Shown here: positions 34,848 through 45,806 of the stretch, piece by piece
How the letters are laid out: each line of letters opens with the position of its first letter
Numbering within the stretch: the first letter of the stretch is position 1
Assembly: GCA_963848305.1 (NCBI GenBank)
Contig: CAWKDC010000001.1
Location: forward strand, 864,001-928,000
DNA from: an uncultured Gammaproteobacteria bacterium
GTDB lineage: Bacteria; Pseudomonadota; Gammaproteobacteria; JABCZS01
Reading direction: 5' to 3'
Length of the DNA: 64,000 nucleotides
The notes under the pieces: generated by a model
Told to the model about the DNA's origin: nothing
Databases searched by the model: none
Seen by the model: only the letters and a program-made list of their open reading frames with translations
Translations under genes and position numbers: made by a program

Positions 34848-36305
34848 TTATTGGCTTGCAGCAGCATTAAACTCCCCCATACTCGGCAGAGTCACGTCCA
34901 ACACTGCCCAATGTTGACCGCCATCCGTTGTTTGTGCAATCAACGGGGCTTCTTCCATGTCATCCCTGGTCACATAACCTCCCGACAAAATACAATAATT
35001 TCCCGAACAACTGCTGGTATTGAAATTGCTGAATATTGCATCAGATGGCATACCCGACACGGTGGCTATCTTCCAATGTTTTCCAGCATCAGATGTTTGT
35101 ACGACTAAACCTTGATTGTTTGTACCTGCTGCCACGCAAAATTTGCCTGTGCAGCTCGTGCTATAGAATGTACCAGACACATCAGGCAACTGCACCTTCC
35201 ATGTTTTCCCTTGATTGGTGCTTTGTGCTAAAGAAGTCCCTGCAGCAACGCAAATGTGATCGCTACAACTGGCTCCGTTAAAAAAACTGCTGCCAGAGGG
35301 CATTCCACGAATAAGTGATGAAATATCAGACCAATCACCCGTTTGTGGATCACGCTGATACAGCACGGCATGCACAGTATCACTGTAGTGATCTCCAACC
35401 ACAATGCACCACGTTCCCGTGCAGGCGGAGGCTTTGACATCCACGATGTAGGAACCTATCACGGGGACATTCCAAGATCCTCCAACTGTTTTTTCTGCAA
35501 TGAATATATCACCCCCATCATCATAACCTGAAGCCATACACAGATCTTCACTACAGCTGGCTGTGAAAAAATAATTTGATCCTGGCCATGGGTCAGGGTT
35601 GCTGATAAATCCCCAGGTTTGTGTCACAGGATCACGTTCAGCAATTGTTGGCAACCCACCATAACCACCCCCTGTCGCAATGCACCATTCCCCTGAACAG
35701 CTTGTGGCGTGAAAAGCCCCATTCGTTGACCCCAGCGTGATATCATCCCAATCCGTACCGTTTTCATTTGTTTCATACAATGCAAACGCAATACCTCCTG
35801 CCACGCAGAGGTCATCGTCGCATGCTCCACTGAAAAACCCTTCTGCTGAAGTCGTGACCTCTTTCCACTGTTCACCACTATCGACTGTCTGAAATAGCAT
35901 GGCATCGGACAGTGCGCTGAAAAAAACACCCCGGTGCATAATATTCAGCTGATCACGCGTCGCAGGCATTGAACAACGTGCGGGATAATCCACTTCATTG
36001 CACACCGTCGGCCCGCCTTTTGTCAGACCGGTGATATCCAAGGCCAACACGCAACTGGCCTTCGACGCAAGTGAAAAAGGTGAAGCGCAGGTATCCGTCA
36101 AACCTACGGCTTGTGTCACGTGCGCCTGTGGCAAGATCCCATTATTGTTCAGCGTATAAGGTGTGTTATTTGTGACAGTGTAATACGCCACAGAACCTGG
36201 CACCGTTGGCAACGAATCTGTTGGAATGATGGAAAATGTGGGTGTTGCCATCGCGACGGATGCGCCCAAAAAGCCAACCAGGGTGAAGGTACGGTGTAGC
36301 ATCAT
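34848..36305 (-). CDS. Secreted Cys-rich protein: Ig-like N-domain plus Asp-box (BNR) beta-propeller
   Basis: Signal peptide; YTVTNNT...C...FSLASKASCVLAL...GGPTVC; Asp-boxes TVDSGEQW, STNQGKTW, TSDAGKHW and TTDGGQHW; repeated SC-x4-C-x-A-x-G. Confidence 0.8.
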   Translation of the reverse strand: MMLHRTFTLVGFLGASVAMATPTFSIIPTDSLPTVPGSVAYYTVTNNTPYTLNNNGILPQAHVTQAVGLTDTCASPFSLASKASCVLALDITGLTKGGPTVCNEVDYPARCSMPATRDQLNIMHRGVFFSALSDAMLFQTVDSGEQWKEVTTSAEGFFSGACDDDLCVAGGIAFALYETNENGTDWDDITLGSTNGAFHATSCSGEWCIATGGGYGGLPTIAERDPVTQTWGFISNPDPWPGSNYFFTASCSEDLCMASGYDDGGDIFIAEKTVGGSWNVPVIGSYIVDVKASACTGTWCIVVGDHYSDTVHAVLYQRDPQTGDWSDISSLIRGMPSGSSFFNGASCSDHICVAAGTSLAQSTNQGKTWKVQLPDVSGTFYSTSCTGKFCVAAGTNNQGLVVQTSDAGKHWKIATVSGMPSDAIFSNFNTSSCSGNYCILSGGYVTRDDMEEAPLIAQTTDGGQHWAVLDVTLPSMGEFNAAASQ

Positions 36306-36314
36306 GCTATCTCC

Positions 36315-37037
36315 TCAAAATGTATATGAGAGCAGGAAAACAAGCTCCTGTGTGGGCGTATGATCATTCATGAGGGTCGCGCCCAGGTTACCCTGATTAA
36401 AATCCCCTAAAGACACTTTCCCCAAATCGCTGAATTGATAACCCAGACCAACACGCATGTCATCTATCACGGCTACTTCTAGCCCCAATCCTAAGGTGTA
36501 GGTGAAAGCGGTGTAAGTGTGATCCTCAAAGTTCCCATTGGCGAGGGTGCGTCCATTGAGTGCAGTTTCTTGGTAATTTTTTGCTTCATTGAATGCAACA
36601 CCTAAACCTCCCATGAGGTACCCAAACAGTCGATCAGTCATCTCCCATAGATATTTGTTCTCAAACAGGAGACGTTGGCTGAAGACTTCATAGGAATACC
36701 GAATATTGCCTTCATCGGGTAAAGAATAGGCATAACGAATACCTTCGGTTTGATAAGGATTTGGATTGGCGTAATAGGAAACGCCCGTTTGCCAGCGCAT
36801 GGTTTCTTGATAAAGGTCATATTCAGGCCCAATAAAAACACCCAGCAGCAAGCGTGTTGACGTGGCTTGTGTGGTGTCGAAAGCATCAGGCGCGGGTTCA
36901 TGCTTGACCAAAGCAACACGGTTATCGTGGCCCACTTCAGCCCAACTCGACCCCAATCGACCAGAAAAGACAAGCCCCGCAGTGGCGTCCAGCGCCAGCG
37001 GGGCAAGCAGGAAAGAAAAGTATATCCCTATACGCAT
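36315..37037 (-). CDS. Small outer-membrane beta-barrel (OmpA-TM/opacity-like)
   Basis: Signal peptide; YLMGGLGVAFN, FTYTLGLGLE and VGLGYQFSDLG strands; C-terminal LSYTF. Confidence 0.85.
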   Translation of the reverse strand: MRIGIYFSFLLAPLALDATAGLVFSGRLGSSWAEVGHDNRVALVKHEPAPDAFDTTQATSTRLLLGVFIGPEYDLYQETMRWQTGVSYYANPNPYQTEGIRYAYSLPDEGNIRYSYEVFSQRLLFENKYLWEMTDRLFGYLMGGLGVAFNEAKNYQETALNGRTLANGNFEDHTYTAFTYTLGLGLEVAVIDDMRVGLGYQFSDLGKVSLGDFNQGNLGATLMNDHTPTQELVFLLSYTF

Positions 37038-37090
37038 GGTTGACAATCCTTTTAAAACTCAGCGCCCCGAAACGGCACTGAGCTTCAATA

Positions 37091-37384
37091 TTAGCAGAAT
37101 TGTTCGGCCAACAGGGCGATTTTTTTTGTTGTGAGGCCTTTGGCACTGATACCCATGGCTTCTAGAACAGAGCGGGCGGTCAGCTTTGCCATGTAGATAC
37201 GCACTTGACGGGGCAAGCGCTCACCACGGCCATTACGATTTTCTTCCCATTCGCGGATGCGAGAGTGAGTATAACGGGTGCTGAGGGCTTCATTCATCCT
37301 CTCTAAAGCTTCACCCAACGTTTTACCATTTTCATCCATTTCAACAGCCAGCCAGGCTTGAACCAAATTTTTTGCTTTCATCAT
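37091..37384 (-). CDS. Small hypothetical protein, possibly an HTH regulator
   Basis: 97 aa with an XRE-like TLGEAL...HSRIREWE pattern; upstream TTGACA/TATACT promoter overlapped by a TGACAT-N6-ATGTCA inverted repeat. Confidence 0.55.
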   Translation of the reverse strand: MMKAKNLVQAWLAVEMDENGKTLGEALERMNEALSTRYTHSRIREWEENRNGRGERLPRQVRIYMAKLTARSVLEAMGISAKGLTTKKIALLAEQFC

Positions 37385-37464
37385 GACAATACACCTTATA
37401 GGTAGATACTAATGCGAAATAGTATACTGGCTGACATGAGGTGATGTCAAGAGATATTAGGCTA

Positions 37465-37842
37465 TTAGGCGCCCATCGCCATCACATAGAGGCTCACCAC
37501 GCAAACCTGGGCTATTGACCACACCAGGCTACGGGCGGCGGCATAATCAAAAATATAGCAAAAACCATAGATTAACCGCGCCGCCACAAATGCGGCGGCC
37601 AAGATATTGACCTGTGAAGCCGTCACGCCGGTCTGCAGGCAAAACGCCACGCCCACGGCAAAGGGAGCGAAGTTTTCATAGTGATTCATTTGCACCCAAT
37701 TTGCGCGTTGGCGCCAACCCTGCAAACCTGCCAAATACTCACGTGGCTTGGCATTATCGAACCCCTTGCCCGATTTAGCCGCCATCACAAAACCATAAGG
37801 CAATAAATAAGCAAGTAAGACACATAAAATCGCGATAGACAT
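37465..37842 (-). CDS. MAPEG family membrane protein
   Basis: DNAKPRE, RANWVQMNHYENFAPF and ARLIY motifs. Confidence 0.88.
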   Translation of the reverse strand: MSIAILCVLLAYLLPYGFVMAAKSGKGFDNAKPREYLAGLQGWRQRANWVQMNHYENFAPFAVGVAFCLQTGVTASQVNILAAAFVAARLIYGFCYIFDYAAARSLVWSIAQVCVVSLYVMAMGA

Positions 37843-37854
37843 GGTGATTTCCTT

Positions 37855-38151
37855 CTATGATTCAAAAGCGGTTTTGCCGCCCTGAAGATTGTAAACGTCA
37901 AAGCCTTCTTCATTCAGCAATGCACAAGCCCGCTGACTGCGGCCGCCAGAACGACAGTAAATGACAATGGGCGTCTCATGAGACAACTCAACAAACCTCT
38001 CTTCTAATTGGCCCAGGGGAATATGCACGCCGCCGATATGTCCTTCCTCACGTTCATATGTTTCACGCACATCAAGCAATTGAAAATCGCGGTGCTCGCG
38101 TTGCCACGTTTTCAATTCGTCCGCCGTGATGGTATGCATGGTCATATTCAT
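37855..38151 (-). CDS. Single-domain rhodanese (sulfurtransferase)
   Basis: LLDVRE..E..GHI, active loop YCRSGGRS and NLQGG. Confidence 0.9.
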   Translation of the reverse strand: MNMTMHTITADELKTWQREHRDFQLLDVRETYEREEGHIGGVHIPLGQLEERFVELSHETPIVIYCRSGGRSQRACALLNEEGFDVYNLQGGKTAFES

Positions 38152-38756
38152 TTCCCCTTAAATTCTTCAGCCAATGCAGCTGCCACAGCAGGACGTGCGG
38201 AAACTGTATTGAAAAAGCGATCAATGTTAGGATAATCTGTGATGGGAATTTTGAAGGCTGACAGCCAACGCATCATCACAAAGCAGTAGGCATCGGGCAA
38301 GGTGAATGTGTCACCCAATAAATAAGTATGTCCAGAGAAATGCTTGTCTAACAGGTTCAATTTATTTTTCAGGCTGGGTAAGAATATCGTGTCTTTCAGT
38401 GCTTGTGGCACCTCCGAGCTGAATAATGGACCAAACCCTTTATGCACGTCCGAGGCCATGAAGCTGAGCCATTCCAACACACGGTAACGTTGAAAATCTT
38501 TCTGTGGGGGCAACAAGGTGGAAGGATACGTATCGGCCAAGTATTCTTGAATGGCCACGTTTTCAGTCAACAGTTCCCCATTATCGAGCAGCAAAGCAGG
38601 CACGCTGCCCTTGATATTCACCGCATAATAATCGTTGCCCGTGGCTGTTTTTTTTGTGTGCAAGTCAACCGCTTCATAGTCAAGTTTCAAGCCCAATTCA
38701 TGTGCAATGATGCGTACCGATAAAGAGCAGGCACCTTTAGAGAAATACAGTTTCAT
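38148..38756 (-). CDS. gstA: Glutathione S-transferase (beta class, GstA-like)
   Basis: MKLYFSKGACSL, GSVPAL, LTENVAI and FTLPDAY motifs. Confidence 0.9.
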   Translation of the reverse strand: MKLYFSKGACSLSVRIIAHELGLKLDYEAVDLHTKKTATGNDYYAVNIKGSVPALLLDNGELLTENVAIQEYLADTYPSTLLPPQKDFQRYRVLEWLSFMASDVHKGFGPLFSSEVPQALKDTIFLPSLKNKLNLLDKHFSGHTYLLGDTFTLPDAYCFVMMRWLSAFKIPITDYPNIDRFFNTVSARPAVAAALAEEFKGK

Positions 38757-39070
38757 CAAGAACTCCTTTCTGTTCGGGGAAATCTCCCGGCAGTATACCA
38801 TTTTTTAAGCACCCTGACCCGAATGCGATCTTCTCGCTGCGCAAGCCAATCGACCCATTGCCAGAAAAAATAGGCGGGAATAAACCCGAGGGGCAAGATC
38901 AACAAACAAGCGAATAGATTCAACACAAAATAGCGCGATTTTTCAGTGAAGTAAAAACCAACAACCCCCATCATCACCATAACAGGGCCGCCAAACACCA
39001 CGGGCCAGACGAAACATTCCCCAGATTTCACCATGGTGTGTATACCCAAAAACAGCATTGCAAAGTGCAA
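38756..39070 (-). CDS. Possible small membrane protein
   Basis: Hydrophobic ORF with 2-3 possible TM segments; start and end uncertain. Confidence 0.35.
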   Translation of the reverse strand: MHFAMLFLGIHTMVKSGECFVWPVVFGGPVMVMMGVVGFYFTEKSRYFVLNLFACLLILPLGFIPAYFFWQWVDWLAQREDRIRVRVLKKWYTAGRFPRTERSS

Positions 39071-39220
39071 AGGTGAAGGTGTAAAGAATGAGATGATGCA
39101 TCAGTCGTTCCTGCCGATATTTTCACCCATCCTAAAATACAGACAGAGGGATGTCAAGCGACGCTCGTCGATTTTTAGACTATCCTTTATAGAGACAATC
39201 TTATTTTTGGAGAATCACTC

Positions 39221-39820
39221 ATGAACGTCATGAAATCTTTAGCAATGACCGCCGTACTCATAGGCTTAACGATGAATGTGGCCGTCGCCGATTGGTGTGG
39301 GTATCAAACTGGTACTCAACCAACCATCAATCGAGATCCTACAAATTTCTCTACGGTTGATGCCAATCAGGCAGAAAGTTACCTTGATCCAGCCATCCAA
39401 AAATGCAGGGACAATGGGGAATCCGTTATTGCAAACAACTTGAAAATTAAAAGAGATGCATGCCCCGCTCACTATGAAGATGAATGTGTCAGAGGATATG
39501 ATGCTCTGTGGATGAATCCCCCACCAGAATGGGTCACCAAATCGGCCGAAGCTGAACAGTGTGATGCGGTTCCCGCCGGAACCGATTCTAACTGCGCTTG
39601 CCGAAACAAATTTGCCAAGGAAGCAGGGGACACTACTTCTACAGCCAATTTTATCAATGGTAGCACTGCGGGTCTTGTCAGTGGATTAAAAACGCTCATA
39701 CCCGGATTGATCAATGATGTCAGCACGTGTCATACTCAAGGCAAGAGCAACTGTGACGTAGAATTGGTCGCGGCCAGAACTTGTTGCGCCCTCGTGAACG
39801 GTACGGACTGCGGCGTTTAA
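39221..39820 (+). CDS. Secreted Cys-rich hypothetical protein
   Basis: GGAG RBS, signal peptide ending AVA-D, 12 Cys, own terminator. Confidence 0.75.
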   Translation: MNVMKSLAMTAVLIGLTMNVAVADWCGYQTGTQPTINRDPTNFSTVDANQAESYLDPAIQKCRDNGESVIANNLKIKRDACPAHYEDECVRGYDALWMNPPPEWVTKSAEAEQCDAVPAGTDSNCACRNKFAKEAGDTTSTANFINGSTAGLVSGLKTLIPGLINDVSTCHTQGKSNCDVELVAARTCCALVNGTDCGV

Positions 39821-39838
39821 CCAAGCCAATACCACAAA

Positions 39839-39877
39839 AAGAATCCCGGGCTGCCGAGTAGCCCGGGATTTTTTTTG
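39839..39877. terminator. Intrinsic terminator, possibly bidirectional
   Basis: AATCCCGGGCT-loop-AGCCCGGGATT followed by a T-run and preceded by an A-run. Confidence 0.85.
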
Positions 39878-40044
39878 AACGTGCAATAATACCTCCTTTT
39901 CATTCACGCTTTCAGCTCTTTATATTGTGCATTTGATCTATTTAACATTTAACAACGCTTATGAGACATTCAGTTTGTGCACAACACCATTATTTTGTGC
40001 GAGAATGTGCCATCTCACCACACACAATAATAAGGAAAACAGTG

Positions 40045-40992
40045 ATGCATGAAAAAATCCCATATGACCAAATTTACAAGCAATTTTTCTCAGATCCCAT
40101 GATGGTAAAGGCACTTTTATTTGGCTTCTTGAATGAGGACTGGGTACAAAATATCAATTTCAGCACCTTGAAACGGCTTAATACCAGCTATGTCACAGAA
40201 AATCTCCGAGAACGAGAGTCTGACATCATTTGGCGAGTTCAATGGAATGATGAGTGGCTGTATCTGGTGATTTTGCTTGAATTTCAGTCTACGATAGACC
40301 ATTTCATGGTGGTACGCATCTTATCCTACCTCTCATTACTTTATCAAGATATTATCAAAGAAGACAAGAACATTAGGAAAAACATGATATTGCCCCCGGT
40401 CTTACCTCTCGTTCTTTATAATGGGGATGAACCTTGGGATGCTCCAAACAGTTTCAGGCAGCTCATCCCTAAGAACCTTCCTGAAACACTCAAGAAATAT
40501 CAGCCAGACTTCTCTTGTTGGATTTTGGATGAAAGGCGGTATATAATAGACAAAGAGCATGAGGATAATATAGTTTCCGCACTTTTTTCTTTAGAGTGTG
40601 CCGAAACAACTGGCGAGATCTTGCTCATCACAAATCGTTTAACGAGAATGCTACAAGGTTCAGAATTTGATGGGCTTCGTCGTGCCTTTGTGGTTTACTA
40701 CAAAAGACGCTACAAAGAAAACCTGAAAGACCCAGATGCTCAATTTAACACCTTAGAAGAGGTAACAAAAATGCTAGAAAATAATGACACATTCGGCGCA
40801 CGTATTGAAGCACGCGCGAGACGAGAGGGGGAATTAAACGTCATCAAACGCCTATTAACGAAACGATTTGGTCCCCTCTCTCCTGAACAAGAGTCCTGTC
40901 TGAAAAATATGTCCGCTGAAAAATTGCTAGAGCTTTCCGATCTGGTGCTCGAATGTCATTCAATCGACGAAATCATTAACATGCAACATTGA
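40045..40992 (+). CDS. Rpn family (YhgA-like) PD-(D/E)XK nuclease with a DUF4351-like C-terminus
   Basis: YDQIYKQFF, RESDIIWRV, LLEFQS, LPPVLPLVLYNG..PW and C-terminal RLLTKRFGPL. Confidence 0.9.
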   Translation: MHEKIPYDQIYKQFFSDPMMVKALLFGFLNEDWVQNINFSTLKRLNTSYVTENLRERESDIIWRVQWNDEWLYLVILLEFQSTIDHFMVVRILSYLSLLYQDIIKEDKNIRKNMILPPVLPLVLYNGDEPWDAPNSFRQLIPKNLPETLKKYQPDFSCWILDERRYIIDKEHEDNIVSALFSLECAETTGEILLITNRLTRMLQGSEFDGLRRAFVVYYKRRYKENLKDPDAQFNTLEEVTKMLENNDTFGARIEARARREGELNVIKRLLTKRFGPLSPEQESCLKNMSAEKLLELSDLVLECHSIDEIINMQH

Positions 40993-41183
40993 ACTAAGGT
41001 ACAAAAAATATTATACAAACTCTTTCATGGAAGGAAAGAAAAATAAAATTTATCGTTCGTGGAGAAAAAATCATTCTCGATAAGGAGCTCGCTCGATTGT
41101 TACCGCTTATTGGTTCAAAAAATTATTGCGATGAATGAGCACGATGTTGGATAACATATTTATTTAAAAAAAAGCCTTTTCTA

Positions 41184-41446
41184 TTAAATAGTGGTGGAAT
41201 GTTTCATAATATTACATCTTTCATATGCACGTTGATCCGTTCAGTAATCGCATTGGGCAATGGGTAATGAGTAGTGAATGCGTTGGCCATCAAGATTTCT
41301 ATCGAATCGTTTCACTGCCAATGCTTCTGTGCCACTCAAAATCCCCATGTCTGGAAGCTGATGAATGTCATGCTTTATTCTCCAGGCGCTAGAAATAATT
41401 TTCCTACACGCTTTTCATTTAACCAGACGGATAATAGATCGCTCAT
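41184..41446 (-). pseudogene. hipA: Collapsed hipA toxin remnant
   Basis: Three HipA pieces in different frames: MSDLLSVWLNEKRVGKL (N-terminus), ALAVKRFDRNLDGQRIH (core) and YPLPNAITERINVHM (C-terminus); overlaps the stop of the upstream HTH gene. Confidence 0.7.
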
Positions 41447-41724
41447 ACCTCATCCTCCTCTTCATCTATTGTCCATCTGGGCTCTTCAGGGGCACTGCCA
41501 TTGACAATCCCCTGGATCCTACCAATCAATTGCCGGGGAATCAACATTAACTCAGCATCCAATACACGGGCCATTTCAACGACTGTTGAAAGACGCGGAT
41601 CGGTCTCTTCCTGCTCAATTTTCGAGACGTGCGACTGGGGTAGGCCTAGTTTTTTGCCAAATTGCGTCTGAGTGAAGCCTTGTGCCACACGCATCTTCTT
41701 GATAGATCGTATAATATTGCTCAT
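41443..41724 (-). CDS. XRE-family HTH protein (HipB-like antitoxin)
   Basis: RVAQGFTQTQFGKKLGLPQSHVSKIE...DPRLST...LDAELMLIP. Confidence 0.88.
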   Translation of the reverse strand: MSNIIRSIKKMRVAQGFTQTQFGKKLGLPQSHVSKIEQEETDPRLSTVVEMARVLDAELMLIPRQLIGRIQGIVNGSAPEEPRWTIDEEEDEV

Positions 41725-41855
41725 ATATTTGTTATAGCATATATTATAAATAGATAATATGCTTCTGCATATTATTTTTTAACCCGCGGACGGGTGCGGC
41801 TTGTATTTGGCGCATGCACCATTAACGGCAACAAAGAAGCTAAGGAAATGGTCTG

Positions 41856-43219
<1,364 letters not shown>

Positions 43220-43234
43220 CTACACTATCTATGC

Positions 43235-44107
43235 CTACTGTTTGTTGAAATATTGAAAAAACTCGCCGTCAGGAGACAAGACAAACAAGTCATCGCCGCC
43301 TTGGAAAGCATCCTCGTAGGCTGATAAACTGCGCGTGAACGCGTAGAATTCAGGATCTTTGCCATAACTTTGGCCATACACTCTCGTGACCTTGGCTTCA
43401 GCTTCACCGCGAATTTTACGGGCTTCACTTTCAGCCGTCGCGACAGTGATACGCGCTTCTTCATCTGCTTTGGCACGAATCTCTTCCGCGCGACGTTCAC
43501 CATCTGCACGGTGCGCAGCAGCAACTTGCTCGCGCTCTGCGCGCATGCGTTCAAACACGGAGCTGGACACTTCTTCGGGCAAATCAATCCGCTTGATACG
43601 AACATCCACAACCTGAATACCCAACGATTCAGCGCTTTCATTGATCTGTTTACTCAACTCTTTCATGATCGTATCGCGGTTTTCACTCACCACTTCACTG
43701 ATTGTGGAACGACCAAATTGGGCACGTAGACCGTCAGATACTTTTTGTTCCAACAAATCTTCTGCACGGGTAATATACCCCCCTGTTGCTTTGTAAAACT
43801 GCGCGAAATCTGAAATACGCCACTTCACAAATGAATTCACTAACACGTCTTTTTTCTCAACAGTGACGATGCGAGAATCTAAAATGTCCAACGTTTGAAT
43901 GCGTGCATCCAGCGTGATCACCTGTGAAATAATGGGCAATTTGACGTTCAAGCCAGGCTCATACAACTTTGCCTTACCCTCTTTGTCTTGCAACAACTTT
44001 CCAAGCACCGTCACCAAACCACGCTCAGTTTGCTTGATCGTAAAGGTACTGAAAAAGACAATCACCAATAAGACCACCACGATGACTGGCCAAGATTTTT
44101 TCAACAT
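43235..44107 (-). CDS. hflC: Protease modulator HflC
   Basis: SPFH domain, VDVRIKRIDLP, VFERMRAERE, DPEFYAF and LSPDGEFF motifs. Confidence 0.95.
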   Translation of the reverse strand: MLKKSWPVIVVVLLVIVFFSTFTIKQTERGLVTVLGKLLQDKEGKAKLYEPGLNVKLPIISQVITLDARIQTLDILDSRIVTVEKKDVLVNSFVKWRISDFAQFYKATGGYITRAEDLLEQKVSDGLRAQFGRSTISEVVSENRDTIMKELSKQINESAESLGIQVVDVRIKRIDLPEEVSSSVFERMRAEREQVAAAHRADGERRAEEIRAKADEEARITVATAESEARKIRGEAEAKVTRVYGQSYGKDPEFYAFTRSLSAYEDAFQGGDDLFVLSPDGEFFQYFNKQ

Positions 44108-44131
44108 AGTATTCGCTCCCACAAAAATGAA

Positions 44132-45262
44132 TCAGCGTGTGCGGCTGGCACGTGCACTGCTGGATACTGCGGCTTCTTGGCCCAGGTTCTTATTCAAGTC
44201 CACTGGACTTGGCGTACCGACTGAAGGCGGCGCCTCCGGTAGCGTCGTTGGTGTACGGCCCTTCAAGAGCTGATCCAATGGTAAATACATCATGGCATTC
44301 GAGCCTTTATTATCCACCATGATTTTGGGGGCATCCGCCAATATCCCGGAAATGGTATCAAGGTACATTCTGCGGCGTGTGACCACTGGTGCTTCTTTGT
44401 AAGCTGACAGCAATGCATCGAAACGAGCAACGTCACCAGCTGCGCGCAGCGTGGTTTCCCCGGCATAGGCACGTGCATCCGCTAGAATGCGTTGCGCATG
44501 TCCAAGGGCAATCGGCAAGATCCTCTCGCGATAAGCTTGCGCCTGGTTGATCATGCGCTGCTCGTCTTCTTGCGCCTTGATGGCGTCATCAAATGATTCT
44601 TTAACTTCTTCGGGCGCCCGTGCAGGTTGCATGGCCACGTCTGTGATGGTCAGGCCTGTGCGATACAGCTGCAGGGTTTGTTGTAACTGCTCACGAATGG
44701 CATCACGAACTTTAGCACGCTGTGCCGTTAAAATTTCGTCGAGGGTGGAGATACCCACGATTTGACGGATGGCACTGTCAGCAGCTTCTTCTAAGCTGTA
44801 AGACGGATCGACGACACTGAACAAATAATCTTCCAGGTTGCCGACTTTATACTGCACGGTCATTTCGACAAACACGATATTCTCGTCTTTGGTCAGCATC
44901 CGGTTGCGGTGGCGTGATGTATGGATTTCGTCGACATTGACAATGGTTTTAGAACGAATAATTGGAGGTAGCCAATGTGAGCCACGACCGACTTCCTTCA
45001 CGAACTTGCCAAATTGAAACACGGCTGCACGCTCTGGCGGTTTCACGATGTAAATACCTGAACCCACGTAAAATAATACCAATGCAATCAGCGCAATGCG
45101 AAAAGCGCCTGAGAAGCCATTGCCTCCAGTCGATGACGCAAAACCAGGCTTACGGCCAAACAAACCGTCGAGCTTGCGCTTGAAGGCCAGTAATACTTTA
45201 TCAAAATCGGGGGGGCCAGCTTCGCTGCCGCGCCAAGGATCGTTGTTATTTGCCACGAGCAT
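44132..45262 (-). CDS. hflK: Protease modulator HflK
   Basis: DPW...GPPD, MLTKDENIV, FDDAIKAQED and YLPLDQL motifs. Confidence 0.95.
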   Translation of the reverse strand: MLVANNNDPWRGSEAGPPDFDKVLLAFKRKLDGLFGRKPGFASSTGGNGFSGAFRIALIALVLFYVGSGIYIVKPPERAAVFQFGKFVKEVGRGSHWLPPIIRSKTIVNVDEIHTSRHRNRMLTKDENIVFVEMTVQYKVGNLEDYLFSVVDPSYSLEEAADSAIRQIVGISTLDEILTAQRAKVRDAIREQLQQTLQLYRTGLTITDVAMQPARAPEEVKESFDDAIKAQEDEQRMINQAQAYRERILPIALGHAQRILADARAYAGETTLRAAGDVARFDALLSAYKEAPVVTRRRMYLDTISGILADAPKIMVDNKGSNAMMYLPLDQLLKGRTPTTLPEAPPSVGTPSPVDLNKNLGQEAAVSSSARASRTR

Positions 45263-45340
45263 CTCCCATGTGGTGAATATGACAGGGTGGATGATAGCAT
45301 AAATAGAAAAAGGAGGATCAACCCATGCTATTCAAAAACC

Positions 45341-45390
45341 CGCCCCCTTAGAAAAAAGGGGGCGACTCGCAAAGCGAGTGGGGGATTTTA
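45341..45390. repeat. REP-like element (CCCCCTT..AAAAAGGGGG / GGGGGATTT type), copy 1
   Basis: CGCCCCCTTAGAAAAAAGGGGGCG-ACTCGCAAAGCGAGT-GGGGGATTTTA; a second copy lies inverted at 58488-58539. Confidence 0.65.
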
Positions 45391-45411
45391 AATAAGTGCG
45401 CAGCCACCTTT

Positions 45412-45702
45412 TTAGAACGATTCGTCTTCAAACGTATCTGGCAACCCTTCAACGCTGACCGCATCACCCTGACCACCGGCACCAGCGCCACCCATTCTCA
45501 CGTTGCGGGCAGGCACGACGGTCGAAATAGCATGCTTATAAACCATTTGGCTCACGGTGTTCTTGAGCAAAACAACAAACTGGTCAAATGATTCCACTTG
45601 GCCTTGCAGTTTAATGCCATTCACCAGATAAATAGAAACGGGTATCTTTTCTTTACGTAAGGCGTTCAAGAATGGATCTTGTAATGTTTGCCCTTTAGAC
45701 AT
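45412..45702 (-). CDS. hfq: RNA chaperone Hfq
   Basis: [22 protein letters not shown] and [10 protein letters not shown] motifs. Confidence 0.99.
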   Translation of the reverse strand: MSKGQTLQDPFLNALRKEKIPVSIYLVNGIKLQGQVESFDQFVVLLKNTVSQMVYKHAISTVVPARNVRMGGAGAGGQGDAVSVEGLPDTFEDESF

Positions 45703-45806
45703 GATTTTTCTCCCAACACAGACAACTTATTTATTTTACTCATCACCCCTTAAAAAAGGCGAATCAAAAACGTTAACGGATAATAACATACTTTTTAAGA
45801 AATGGT

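Noticed and set aside
40045-40992. Rpn gene as an active IS transposase
   Set aside because: No terminal inverted repeats or target duplication were seen, and the family is better supported as a nuclease or defence protein
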